From Somniosus microcephalus (taxonomy: Eukaryota), in assembly GCA_052327205.1 (NCBI GenBank), contig CM126203.1:270630001-270694000 (forward strand): a stretch of DNA of 64,000 bases, written 5' to 3'. Positions 1-13,228 of the stretch are shown piece after piece (the first letter of the stretch is position 1; each line of letters begins with the position of its first letter). Position numbers and translations under genes: made by a program. Under the pieces are notes generated by a model that was not told where the DNA came from, searched no databases, and saw only the letters and a program-made list of their open reading frames with translations.

Positions 1-807
1 CGCTCTGCCCTCTCTCTCTCCCCCGTCGATGCTGCTCGGCCTTCCTCCAGTAGCACGCCCAAGTCACTATTATTCACACTTGACTATGGACAGTGAATAT
101 CCTCAGCTGTTCGATGCCGTGGGTGTTGGGCCGGTGCACTTTCCAGCGGGTTCATTGAACACTGATCAGAAGTGGGAACCTAGTCCAGAGATGCTGAGGT
201 CAGTTGTAATGCTCCAGTTCCTGCCATCGTTGAGGTTAGCCAACTGAGCACAGATGGGGAGTTGAGCCACTGTAAATGTTGTAAAAACTGGATTCATGGA
301 ACCACAATCATTTTTACAAAGATATAAATTAAAAATAATAATGCTTTATAACTGTTACTGGATTGATAATTTAAGGTACACTCCCAAATGTGTCACATGT
401 TACTCCCTACTCCTAAGCCTTTGTCAATGCTGCTCTGAATCAGTTGCTGGGAGGTGCCGAGATCAGTATAGATTGACTTGCCCTCCTCTCCTTAGAGGAA
501 ATGCCTTAATTTAGCAACCCTCCAGATTCTTCAAACTTAAGAGTAGGACCCTGCGTGGGGAATTATGGAAAAGGACCTGCATTTTAATATTTCAGTGGAA
601 ATCAGAATGTAAGAATTTATTTTGCTAATGTACTCTTTCTTTAATCACTGCCTTTTACTCAAGGCTGATTCTGAGCCACCAATGAATGTAAAATGTGCTG
701 AGCAGTGTCTCCTGAATTAGTAATAGCTCTGTGCAGTCTGTGGCTGTTATATTGGAACTCTTGACCTGATCTCAATCCCATCCTCATTGGCGGTAACCCA
801 ATATCTT

Positions 808-1080
808 GTCCCTCATTTAAGACTGAGAGGAGGAGGAATTTCTTCACTCGGAGGGTTGTGAATCTTTGGAATTCTCTGCCCCAGAGGGCTGTGGATGCTG
901 AGTCTTTAAGCATTTTCAAGGCAGAGTTATAGATTTTTGGACTCGAGGGGAATCAAGGGATATGGGGATAGTGCAGGAAAGTGGAGTTGAGGTTGAAGAT
1001 CAGCCATGATCTTATTGAATGGCGGAGCAGGCTCAAAGGGCCGTATGGCCTACTCCTGCTTCTAATTCTTATGTTATGTT
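808..1080 (+). mobile_element. CR1 LINE 3' end
   Basis: RRNFFTRRVVNLWNSLPQ coding remnant and the GGGCCGTATGGCCTACTCCTGCT...TTATG tail. Confidence 0.85.
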
Positions 1081-4000
1081 CCAAGTAAGACAAGATGGCT
1101 TTCTGGGTTTTTCTGATAAAGGGAGATGAGTGGTGGATCTCGGGTTTTATCCAAGTCATGGTCAAGATGGACGGACACAGTATAACAGTACATTTTATCT
1201 TAAGGCAAAGTCCATAGTAAACCCAAGGCCTAAGCATCACTGTGGAAATGAGAGTGCCTGCCACTTCTCAAAGCTTGACTCATAACTATACCAGTGATTG
1301 TCTTGTACATTAATATGTGCCTTAAGTGCAGTATAGAAAAACTTCACGATTATCACTGTGACTGCAGAGTGAGGGATGCAGGTTTGATTTCCTATCCAAT
1401 CCATTTAGTTTCCAATCTGCAGCTGCTCTGGGAGGGAGCCGAAGGCACACTGAGAGAAGAGAAGGTCAGAAGCAATTGCCAGGCGCTCTCAATTGAGGAT
1501 AGGATTGGGCTTGGCTGTAGTAACTTCAACCCGTCTTCCTCCCTGGGTCAATCTAGTCTAGTGGAATACTTTGTTCCGAATGCGTCAGAGCTCTATCCGA
1601 AAATGCCATAATGCCCACGTCATTCACTCTGATACTTTTCACTCCCTACTCTTTTTCAACTTTAAAGTTTTTGATCTTTGCCAATAGTCCTTTGGCAAAC
1701 TTCCCTTCAGTTTCTTAGCAAATGCTGCTGTGCTGACACTAATGAGAACTGTCAAGCAGTTTGAATTTACATTACTTTAAATAAATGAGTTTGTGACAGA
1801 AAGCTTTTAATGGAATAACTATTCATTTCATCAGGAAATAGCTGGTTGTTAAATGTGGCAGTGCGTTCGTTGGAGTGTAGGCAGTTCCAGTCCCTGCTCA
1901 TTACTGTCAGCTGCTGCCTTTTAAGATACTTAACATGGTTGTCATTTTTGGCATTGGTCGGCTGTCCTGAGTCACAGGATACCGTTTAAATTCTGTGGTG
2001 TTAGTTGACACCCTATAATATAAAAAAAAACTATCCTTGTTTCAAAAAAGAGAGATCACATAACGGACAACCAAAAAAAAAAGTACAATTTTAAAAGCCA
2101 TGGTTTGCCTACAGTATACAAACCCTGATTCTTGTTGATTATTTTAAATCCTAACAGAGAAGGCTGGGTCACCTTAATTCAAAGATACTGACCCAGGGAA
2201 ATCTTCTTCACTGATAGTTTGGAAAATGCTGCCTCCACCATTAGGCCTGGGTGCAAAGGGAAGCCTAGGTCCTGGTTCCACCAAATGTAGTGCAGGAGAA
2301 ATAATATGCAGGTGCGGGACAATCTCTAAGTGTTCTGATGCTGGATGAGCTGTGCTGCTTGATGAGGGAATTGGAAGCCAGTAACTGTCTTGAGTTGTAC
2401 TAAGCTGCAGTTTTTAGAAGAAAATTCTACCTCGTACGCACACTTATTTCCACATCACCTATGACAGTGAGACAACGGATTAGGTGAAGAGAAACAAGAA
2501 AGTTTTCCTCTAATGGCCCTTCCTGATGATGTGACAGTTACATCAGAACTACAGTAGGGATAAGTTACAACACTGGACACAGGCCCATTGGAGAACGATA
2601 GTAGATCCTAGCAGCAATAGTAAAACCTGATTTCACTTATAGTTTGCCTGCAGAAATATGGCTTCAATATTTATACTCTGGAGAGAATTTCCAGAATTTT
2701 CTGTATCAGTAAGTCTCACAACCAGTTTGGAGATATTTCTTACCATTTGGTAGTTGCTACTTACTTTTTCCTTATCATTGATGCAAAAGACCATTAACAG
2801 AACAACAATAACACAGTGTAGGATTATAAAAAAAACTGACCATTGAAGTTAGTTGATTAAATTGCTATACTGTTTAGTGTTTACACCACGCAGAGATAAT
2901 AAATGCCTTTGGTTTAAAAAATGATTTACATAAAATTCTGCTGCACATATATAGCCTGTATAACTGTTAGCACTGTCGGGTTATTATCACTCATCCCAGT
3001 TTTCATTTCCAGTTCAAGGTTCACAAGGTATATATGGAAATCGGGTTAATTCTGTCCTTTATTTTAAAAAGCTGTGATGAGGGTCAGTTCCATGAATTGA
3101 AACTCCTGCTGCAGAGCTTTGCCTGACAGGAGTGCCCATCAGGAGTTTAGGCACATACATCATGTGCCCTACACGATTGACTGTACACCCATTTTAATGG
3201 ATTCCCACTGCGCAAATCTCTCTGCCAACAGCACTGATTCATGAACTCTACAAAAATATCCAAAGTTTAACCAAAAAAAGTTGTTTAATGTCATTGTAAT
3301 AACTTTGCTTTTTCCCCCATTTTCCTATTCATGAGGGCACAGTTCCACAGGTGCTGGTAACCCTTTAGTACCTCACTCAAATGGCCATTCTCCCTGTGTG
3401 AGCATCAACATGCTATTTGACCATGGAGGGCATGGACTGTGGAACTGTCCCCCAGTATGAGTCAAGGGAGAAAACTGGATAGAAACAAATAGTTTAATTG
3501 CAATAGAAACCCTTCATTGTTTGGAGCTGGGGAGTTGCAACTCCAGTAAACATGAAGTTCAAGTTTACGGTGGACTGTTAAAATGACGAGAGACTGAATG
3601 TTCAATGGTGCTGTGTATTGGTTATCCGTCTAATCTTTCTTTATCTTTTTTCGGATTCTAGGCTTGTTTCTTTTTTAGCTGCTGTTTTTAAAGTGTTGAT
3701 TTTTTTTTTCTTTTTCTTTAGTCCTCTCCACACATGCACCATATTCTGCCTAAAAATAGCAGCAGGCGTACTGCAGCTCAGCTGCTGCCACTGACCTTGG
3801 AAGGATGTGCACGGCAGCAGACCCCCTCTGGCGACTTTCCGACTTTCCCATTCTCTATGTGGCCAACAGCCAGATTTCCACTTAGCAATAATGATCAGGT
3901 ACCCACCTAGTGGGGGATCCCCCTGAGAAGCCCATGTGCTGTGACCCCATGATGTAGCATGTTAGTGTGCCATCATGCATCACATCATGCGCTTTTATAT

Positions 4001-4139
4001 TTCCTGCTGTTTTAAACCTATAGCTAGTAGCCTGATGCTAGCCAAATATTAAATCAGGTAACATTTGGACATGGATCATAGACAGCTTATATGGTATTTG
4101 ATTTATACTGACAGTCTGGTTTCTCATTGCTTTTGCTAG

Positions 4140-4291
4140 CTGGATTGCCCTTTGCAATTCTTACACCGATGCATTCTCCATTCAAACGAGGATTTTACTG
4201 TAATGATGAAACCATCAAGTACCCACACAAAGAGGACACCATACCCTACCAATTATTAGCTGGCATAATAATTCCAATTGCTCTGGTGGTA
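4140..4291 (+). CDS. PLPP1: PLPP1 coding exon 2 (152 bp): (A)[50 protein letters not shown]
   Basis: ttgctag acceptor and gtaagt donor. Translation closely resembles recalled vertebrate PLPP1 (AGLPFAIL...RG.FCND.SIKYP.KEDTIPY). Phase joins exon 3. Confidence 0.95.
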
Positions 4292-4427
4292 GTAAGTCAA
4301 CTCATTTTTTACTCCATGCAATTCACTCTGTTGCTTTCACCTACTGTTGCAAATGATGATGTTTATTAATTGGCAAGTGCATCAGTCACACCAAGGAAAA
4401 CTATGGCCTGCTTGACTTTACTTTGGT

Positions 4428-4800
4428 AGCTGCTTCAATGGATTAGTGGGTAAATAGACTTTCCGGCTTGATACTGAGCCATACAATCCAGATAACCCCA
4501 GGTTCAATTCCTAGTCCGTGCTGAGTTAGCTGTTCTTAGCTGGGGTGGCAGTTGAGGTGTTATAGTTGCCTTTATTGCTCCAGCCAGAGTTCCCACTTAA
4601 TCGCTATCCAGTGATTCCTCTAGGAAAGTCTAACTGTGGTAGGTCTCAGCTAAGATGCCCTCAGTGGTGGAATAGGCTGTTGACACTCATTATTTAGGCT
4701 CACATAAAGAATATTGAGATACTAGAATGCTGACTTTGCCCATGAAACTGTACCCCAGCACTAATCAGTGCCTTCAGGAGAGGAAGAAAGTGGAAGAAGT
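4428..4800 (+). mobile_element. Ancient tRNA-derived SINE (AmnSINE2-like; family name tentative)
   Basis: Degenerate A box, B box GGTTCAATTCC, then GTGCTGAGTTAGCTG...CCTTCAGGAGAGGA. Related degenerate copies at ~60-270(-), 5580-5945(-), 8860-9150(+), 19200-19480(-), 26190-26310(+), 30670-30990(+), 39200-39580(-) and 59000-59335(-). Confidence 0.65.
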
Positions 4801-6955
4801 TTAAAAAAAAATTAAAAACGATATCCCTGATTTTCCTGTCTGGTTACACTGGTAAACCAGCAGGTGGGGAAGGAAAATTGGGTGAGGAGCCATTCATTGG
4901 CTCCCTGCCCCTCAAAGGCACTTCTAACATTTTCTGCTGGAAGTGATGTTGGGCATATTATTGTCTGCTCAAATGTGGGCGAGTGTGTTATAAAGAGAGG
5001 CAAATGACAAGAATACATTATATGATGTATTTCCCTTTGCACCCTAGCAGACTGGGCACAAAGGACACCCGTGCATCCCTAACTTTTTTTATGGGTTACT
5101 GGGTGGGTGGGGTTGGTGGGTAACTTTAAATGGCCAGCTTCCTTTGGGGAAAAAGGGCAAGATTTAAGATATTTTCCAAATCCTCAGCTGGGACCACAGA
5201 CCAACTGAGATGGGCATCCCATTGGCATTATAAATAGCCGCAGCGCTGCCTGGAATACATAAATGATCCTGACTCCAGGACATAGGCTGAGGTCAAGGTT
5301 GCTACCAAGGGTGGGCAGAAGTCCTGCCCTGCCAAAGTTCTGCCACCATTCTGGCTTCACTGCACTTTCTAGGATAATTAGTTTTGCTGTATTGCTTTAA
5401 TGATCAACTCTTGTGTGTGGCTTGTACCTTTTTAAAGGACTGTCATCTTCAGGAAAAAGGGCTTGGCAAATCCTTTGTAATTTATTTGTAAAGAGAGCTA
5501 TAAATTGTGCTGATACGCATCATCGTAACATCATTGGGAAAAAATGACCCACACTCCTTTTCCTTCCTACCCAGTTGTATCCCTTCCCCTTCTCTCCTGA
5601 AGGCATTGTTGATGTTTCATTCCACAGGTGCCAGTCACCTTCTGGTACCTTACTTACCCAACTTGGCGGCATCATTCATTTGTGATTCTTAACCGTGAAT
5701 GTTGGCAGGTTATCTGACAGTGGGGTGGCGGGGGATCATAGCCAAGCCACTGGATATTGATCAGGAAGGGGACCCATGGATGATTCTCTCCTCCTTGGAG
5801 CAGGGCACCGGAGGCCAATTGTAAACTCCATACTGCTGCCCTGCCTGAGATCAGCTAGCTCAGCAGGTTTGAACCCTGAACCTTCCTTTCTGATGTGGCT
5901 CAGCTACTCACTGGACAAACTTGCTGACCAATCGAGTATGGCTTTTCTGCCTCATTAAACAAGAAAGGTTTTCTAAACACACTGAACGAGGCACCTCTTT
6001 GACTTGGTGCCTTTATGTAGTCCTGGTGTAAAGTGTATTTAAAAAACAAATAATTTACACTTACCTTTCCAATCTTCTTCTGGGCCTGCTGCTGCTTGGT
6101 GCCCGGATGTTCCTGCTGAGGCCAGCATCGAGTGTCAAACATGCCACTGACCTTTAAAATGACGTTGGGGTCTGAACTATGTCATTAGACTCTGACTTTT
6201 GCATTTTACTGAAGCCCTCGCGTGCCTCAGCTCCTCCTTCCTCATACATTTATTTAATATGGATGAGCGCAGAGCTCACTAAAACAACCTGATATTCTGT
6301 GTGGGACCTTATCAGCATATTTTTATTATTTAAAACAGGCTCGCCCTGGCCAGCAGTGCAGCCTGCAGTAGGCCCGCAGTTTTCTGTGCTAGGCTGTGTG
6401 CTGATTTTGCGACTTGCGCTTCTGTACAGTGAAGCTTCATTCTGCCAATGGAACCTCGGAATTTCGAACCTATGATGTTAATCAAACATCATGAAAAATA
6501 AATACTACGAATGATTCAGCTAATGCCCCTTTAGCTGAAGTAGTATTAGACTGTGATAACTATGTTGATCGCAGGTTGTTACATTGACCTAAGAACTGTG
6601 GGTTAATATGCTGTATACTAATAGCTTGCATCTCAACCAGTGAGTGACATTCACTGGTGCAATTATAAGTTACCTGTGTAAATTGTGGCTTATTAATGAA
6701 GGAAAGCTGTACACATGAGCACCACTCATAAAGCTTGTCTGATTTTTAGTGAGACAATAGTCAAATTGAAAAATATGATTCATAAGAACTCAAGCAATAG
6801 AACCCAATAAAAATGTGATTTCTTTTCCCTGTCGCTTCTTTTCCCTGTGATTAACTTTGCTGAACACTTTGTGGATGGCAATGTGCATGTTTTGTGAATT
6901 TCTTGTACTCATTATTTCCTGTGCAGAACTGATGCCTGATTTTTCTCTGTTGCAG

Positions 6956-7236
6956 ATAATCATAGGGGAGTTAGTTTCGGTTCATTGGAACTGTTTGTAC
7001 TCAAACTCCTTTATTAGAAACTCCTATATAGCCTCTGCGTACAAGGCCATTGGGACGTTTGTGTTTGGAGCTGCCGCGAGCCAGTCTCTGACTGACATTG
7101 CCAAGTATTCAATTGGTCGCCTTCGGCCTCACTTTCTCGATGTTTGCCAACCCAATTGGGGGAAGATCAACTGCAGTTTGGGTTACATAGACGTATTCAC
7201 ATGTCGGCGTGAGGACCGGCTGGTCAATGAAGCACG
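6956..7236 (+). CDS. PLPP1: PLPP1 coding exon 3 (281 bp) with phosphatase motif C1 (KYSIGRLRP) and N-glycosylation site NCS
   Basis: ttgcag/gtgagt boundaries. [78 protein letters not shown]...NEAR. Confidence 0.97.
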
Positions 7237-7550
7237 GTGAGTCTGAGATAAGCTGAATATGAATTGTCCAACACTCCGACTATAGGGCAGATCTTTTTAT
7301 CTGTTGCTCATTACATCACAAACATCTTGTGACATAGAGAAGGCAACATTCCACGCTTCCCCAATGTGCTTACCTACATGAGCTACCCTCACCTGGGGTG
7401 ATGGGAGGGGGCCAGGATTGTAGCGAGAAAAATACATTGTTGGCTGTTCTTCCGCCCCCCAACTCCACCCCTTGTTATTCCTTCATAGGTGCTTATGGGG
7501 CTATTTCATCTACAGGGGTTGTGTGCAGTGCTTTGTGTATTAATAATAAT

Positions 7551-8341
7551 GGCCCAGAATTTGCTGGGAGAGGAACAACGAGTTCACGGTGCTCGCTGTT
7601 ATTTGTGTAAAATAACTCGGCACTTTGTGGTGAGGACGATATATGGCGTGAGTTACGAATCACCACAAACTGCTGGATGATTGCTGCACAAGTTGTTAGC
7701 CGAGCAAAAACGGGATCTCTGCATCAACTGAGCAGGAGGCTCGGGATCGGGGGATCGGCCTATCGTGGGGAGGAGGCTCGAGATCAACGTTTGGTGGTTG
7801 GCAGATCGTGGGGCAGGAGGCTCGGGATTGGGGGTTGGCAGATCGTGGGGCAGGAGGCTCGGGATCGGGGGTTGGGGGACGGCAGATTGTGGGACAGGAG
7901 GCTCGGGATCGGGGGTTGAGGGACGGCAGATCGTGGGGCAGGAGGCTCAGGATCGGGGGTTGGGGAGGGTCGTCCGGTCGCGGCCGCGATCGGCAGAAGT
8001 TTAGCTTGAGGACCCGCAGGGGAGCACTCCTGCTCCTCTGGCCCACAAGCCATGCTCTAAAAAGCACTTGCCTTCCGCAGCTAACTGCTCCCGTCTCCAT
8101 TTAGCTGCTGGGTTTCTTGAGCCCTGGGAAACCAGGCCGGCAACTGTTACATTTAAATCAGGCTCCCAACTGCACTGTGGGAACCTGATTTAAATACAAG
8201 ACAGGACACAGGCATGCCATGCAACCATACGCGACGGGGTGAGGTCGTGCTTCACAATTTTTAATTTTTAAACCTCCCCCCTGCCCCTCTCCGGCAGATC
8301 CTCTCTCTCCCATCGTGGTTGGGGGGGCGTAATATTTACCC
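7551..8341. mobile_element. Probable Harbinger-like non-autonomous element carrying a minisatellite
   Basis: Start GGCCCAGAATTTGC and the next ~60 bp resemble the start of the 36275 element. AAT on both sides. Right TIR is degenerate. Confidence 0.45.
7733..7966 (+). repeat. G-rich minisatellite, 6 units of 37 or 44 bp (CAGGAGGCTCGGGATCGGGGGTTG...GCAGATCGTGGGG)
   Basis: Units start at about 7733, 7770, 7814, 7851, 7895 and 7939. Confidence 0.9.
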
Positions 8342-11177
8342 AATTGTTACAGGTGACCGTATCCTAATTTGGAAATTATTGCACCTTTAAAGAAACTTGT
8401 TCACCACCCAGAAGTTTGATGGATCACTTGGAAAATTGGATTGTCCCCTTTTCACATAGTGTTTTTCATGTGGATCAGGATCCTGAGTCCAGCCCTTTGC
8501 TAACTTTTTCTCAATATACTAATACTCTGGACTCCAGGTCCCGTGAGACCAACTACTGTATAATTACCTTAAGTTGGTGTTTACAATAGCAAACTGGTAT
8601 ATTATATAACCCTTAGACCCCAAGTATTTGATGAACGTTGGGTTCAATCTAATGAATTTGTGTTGCTGCCATGGAGTTTTGCCTGCTAAGAGTGCATAGC
8701 AGGAGCTCAGGCACAGAGCTCCAGGGCCAGTAGGCTGGTGATAACAGCTGATCGGCTTCTGCAGCATGAGCTGATTTGCTGGTGCGATTGCTGGAGGTGC
8801 TCACATACTGCCTTTAGCGATCGCCTCTATGGCTGGGGGCCCAGGGTCAGCATCAGAAGATGTGAGTTGGCTTGCCAATGTAGTCCCTGCAGAGTTAACC
8901 TGGCATACACTTGCCAATGCACTTTATACAGTGCTACAGTTAACCTCAGCACCCCTGGGTTAGGAAGGAGAAAATTGCTCAGGTTCCTGTTCCTGATCGT
9001 TTCCTGCTGGAAATGTGTATGGGCCGGGCAAGGACAACATCCAGTTGGGCAGTGGTGATGAGGAATGGCCACTTGGCTGAGGTACCAGCACGTGGCCAGC
9101 AAATGTGGGATTTCCCCCAGCCTGAGCTTTCAGGAGTGAATCGGTGGAGATTCTGAATAAAAATAAAATAAAACAGAGCCTTATACAATGCTGTTTCTAA
9201 ACATTATAATCCAGCGATAGCTGTGTTTTTACTGTAGGGATCAGGGATTTGATGTCATTACAATATCTGGTCTCCACAAAGCTTATTTGTTAATACTAAA
9301 GGAATTAAGCAATTCAATGAGTTGCCAGAGTTAGGAGATGAGCATAATTGGATGAGCAGTGTATTTGTCTCTAACTAATTTGCTTGACAATGTAACACAA
9401 TCTTCCCTCCTCCCCACTGATCCCACCATGGTCCCCCATTCCCCCCCGGACTTCTTGACCTTCTCCCCACCCCCACATTCCTGATCTTCTTCCCGCCCCG
9501 AGTTCCTAACGTTCTCCCTCCCCTCCCCTTCCCCCCCACCCCGCTGCGAGTTCCTGACCTTCTCCCGGATTGAGTGCGCATGGGCAAGGGGGCCAGAACA
9601 CCGTGCAAATCATCACTCCAAAATAGCACTGCCTTGTTGAAACGTCAGCACTAACTGTTGAGAAACAACTTCTTGTGACAGGTCTCTTTGTTGCTCTAAT
9701 AAAGAATATGAAACATTTGACAGAAGGAAGAAACCTATTTAGTTACATTTAAAAAGTTAGTATTATTATTTATTCTCCTCTTAAGGGAATGTTTTCCCAC
9801 AAGGAATAGAAAGGTAGGTCCTTTGTTTTTGATGGAACCCATTATATAAGAGTTTCAGGCATTGTGTTACCTGATTTATTGGGCTTAATCCCTTAGCTGG
9901 TATCTACACACATTGCAATATCCAATGCCGGCTGCTGCAGCCAGCTACTGAACAGTCTCTGGTTGTGGCTTTATATAGTTCAGCCAGAAAGCCGTGTTGT
10001 TCTTCAGTAAAGCCTTGCCAACTCATCCTGTGTCCTCTGATGAGTTGAAGTAAGCTGCATGCTTATGTTCTGAAGTCAAACCCTGAGTAGAGTTACACTT
10101 TTATCAACCTTTGCCAAATTGCAGAATATAAGTTTAGAAAGTAAAGGTTATTTCCATACAATCTGGACATTGTATTTGATCTGACTGTAGAATCTCCTGG
10201 TGTATCTGCAGATGGACAGTAGATCAGTAGAAATAATGACTGACAGTTACAGTGGAAAGTTACATCTTAATCAGTGTTGTGTTTTAATGGGTTAAGAAAA
10301 AAATTATTTGCTTTGGTGATTTAAATTTTTTGTTTATTTTCTTCTAAATATCTTTGCCAATTCTGTGGTGTAACTGGCTCTGGGAGATGAATTGGATACC
10401 CTGTGGTTTTTCCTTATTCCTTTCCCCTTTGAGAAGGTGCCTGCATAATCCCTGAACAGCTGAAGTTGAGATCAGGAGCTGACTGTATTTGGAGAAGCTG
10501 AGCGATAGTACACATGGTACAGTGTGTTAGCAAGGTTGTTTGGTGATACATATCCAGTTGGATACCGTTCTCATCTTCAGGCACTTTTGTTTCTTTCTAA
10601 AACTACCAAGCACTACCATTTCACCCAATCTGACACCAGCGCTATCCTTAGTGAGAACCCAATATGAATACCTTGCAGTGTAGATGTTATGAATTTGCTC
10701 TCCCAGCACAGAATTAATGGATGGAAAAGCCTGCTGGACACACAGGCCAGAATTTTTGGGGGAGGTCAGCAGGGGCATTTGGAGGCGGGTTGGCTGGGAA
10801 AATGTTTTTTTTTGACAGCAGGTAGGTAACTGGCCGTCAACCCGCATCCGCAGTATTTTGCTTTTGTGCTAACTTGGGTATCACAAGCATTCACTTCTAA
10901 GCTGCTTTTAAGTCCCAGACAGCGCTATGCAAATTAATTTTAAAAATGTTTTATACTAACCAGCTGACATATCTTTTAACCAGAAATATTCAGTTGTTAA
11001 ATAAATTCTAATTTACATGTTCTTACTGCTTCTGCAGACAATATACCCTATTGTGAATTCTATCTCAATTTGTGGAAAATCTGTATAAATATTCCTTGAT
11101 CCCCAAAGTTTATCCAGCAGAAACTACAATATCCAGCCATCCTCATGCCTCATGGTCTGCTGTCCGCTACAGACAGT

Positions 11178-11296
11178 GGAGTTGATCTTGACTTTGTGAG
11201 GTAGTATAGAAAGGGTGACTTCAATGGAAATAAAAATGGAGAGATGTGAAACGAGCTGCCGCCTCACTAACTTGGCACAAAACCAAGATCTACCCC
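11178..11296. mobile_element. Short MITE-like inverted repeat
   Basis: GGAGTTGATCTTGACTTTGTG ... CACAAAACCAAGATCTACCCC, imperfect ~21-bp inverted repeat; no clear TSD. Confidence 0.4.
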
Positions 11297-13170
11297 AGAA
11301 TCTCTGCCACTATCCCCAGCATTGGAGGACTGTTGTATCCCATGGAATAGTTGATCATTTAAGGACCAAATAACAGAATTTGATCCCCAAAACACAAGTA
11401 AAAATCTTGAATTCCATGTAATAAAAATAGAATGTGACTTATTTCTGATCAATCAGTCTGTACCTATCTTTATAATCTCCAGTACTGCACCAATCAGATC
11501 TTTTGGAAGGAATTACATGACTCGGGCTCAAATGTCTTTATCCTCAATTTTCTTCCTTCTCTTCGATGAAAAGTTTTAAAACTGGTACAACAATTCAGAC
11601 ATATAGAAGATACTCATTTTCTATACAGTTTCATTCAGAAAAACAAGCACGTGAACTCCGCTTCACTTGACTAGTATTGGGGTAGGTTTGTAGAGGGAAA
11701 TTGGGTGTGTGGAGGATAACCATTCAAAAATGAGAAATATTTTAGTGAAGATGAGTACCCTGCCCCTCATTATTATCCTCTACATGCCATGGGTAATTGT
11801 CCCAAAGTAGCTCCTGTTCAGAAGGAAGATCGGCTGTAAGGATCCACAGCCTGGCCACCCCTTGTGAGTTGCACTAGATTCCTTGGTGTGTAGGGGATAG
11901 CTTTTGCGAAATGAGGAATATTATATCCATAGATGATTAATCTATGAGTAAACAGTGGAAAATTCAGGGGTATCTGCTTTTGGCTTTCATTGTAGAATGA
12001 GTATCTGCTTACAAGAGAACCCAGAGGCAGCTCAGGGAAAAGACAAGGATCCTCAAATTCCCGTGGCTGGAGAGAGTAGGGCGCATCACCTACCAGTTCT
12101 GCCAGATTTCTGCCAAGTTTAAATTCCACCTTGAGTTCTGACTGGGGTGAGGAGTGGGCGAGTATTCTGCCCACAACCCCTTCCACCCCCCCCCCTCCCA
12201 CTAAGGGAGCTGTCCAAGAGATGTCCCAATCTACCCCAGGAATCCTGTCAGTTATGCTCTTTGGAGGCCTCGCCTGAGGTTTTGCTGGTTGACAGCTGGC
12301 GAGAATTGCATCAAGTCCCTTGGAAAGGCCACAGAAGATTCAGTGACAAATAATTTATTTAAAGCTGAAGATTACATCCCTCGGAAGGGCCTCAGGAGCC
12401 TCTTAGTGGACCAGCCTGGCACTATGCTGCTTTCAAGTGACACATTGTGACGGGCACGTCTGAAGAACCATTATAGGCCCAGCCCACTCACCCTGACCAC
12501 TTATATGAACCCATCCTTGGGATTTGTTGTAGGGAGAGGGGTCTGCATAGTCCTTCCTGGGTGGATGGGAGTTCTGCTCCGCTGCACTTGGAGTAGCAGA
12601 ATGGAACTCCCAATCTTTCAGTCTCAAGTTATTTGATGCATCGTGTTCTTGATTTATACACCATCTGTAAACCAATAAAGATTCAAACCTCATCAGAAAT
12701 GATGTGTCAGTTATTGTAATATATTCAAGGTGCTTCAAATGTAGTTAATGTTTATAGAAACTGCATGGAATTCATTCTGAAAAATAATGGTTGGTAATGA
12801 CTGGATTGGACCAGCTGAACAAGAGACTTTTAAAGTAGTTGTCTTGGGATAGTGTAATAACATCTATTAAAATATAACCCAATCACTGAAGACAAAAAAG
12901 GTGTTAAAGACATTTCATCAACTCTTGTGATAGGCAATATAATTATTTCTTGTGAAATAACACAAGTTTTATACCTGTCAATCTTAACCTGAAATTTTTT
13001 CAAACTATCTATTTAAATTCTCATGTATATTTTCAAACGTTGATCGATGCGTGTCAAAGCAGTGACTGGTTTTACAATCTGAATGGTTGTGTCTGAAAGA
13101 TCCAGTTTTGTTTCTGACAGTGGCACTTGCTGTGAGGATGGTAATGACATTGTATTCTTTATCCCTCTAG

Positions 13171-13228
13171 GCTCTCCTTTTTCTCTGGCCATTCATCCTT
13201 CTCTATGTATTGCATGATGTTCCTCGCA
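13171..13228 (+). CDS. PLPP1: PLPP1 coding exon 4 (58 bp) with motif C2 (SGH): (R)LSFFSGHSSFSMYCMMFLA
   Basis: Not in the ORF track; read by hand. ccctctag acceptor, gtaagt donor, phase fits exons 3 and 5. Confidence 0.96.

Noticed and set aside
7677-8104. Repetitive Gly/Arg/Pro ORFs and a CRISPR-like periodicity
   Set aside because: Simple minisatellite with no unique spacers or cas genes, in eukaryotic context.
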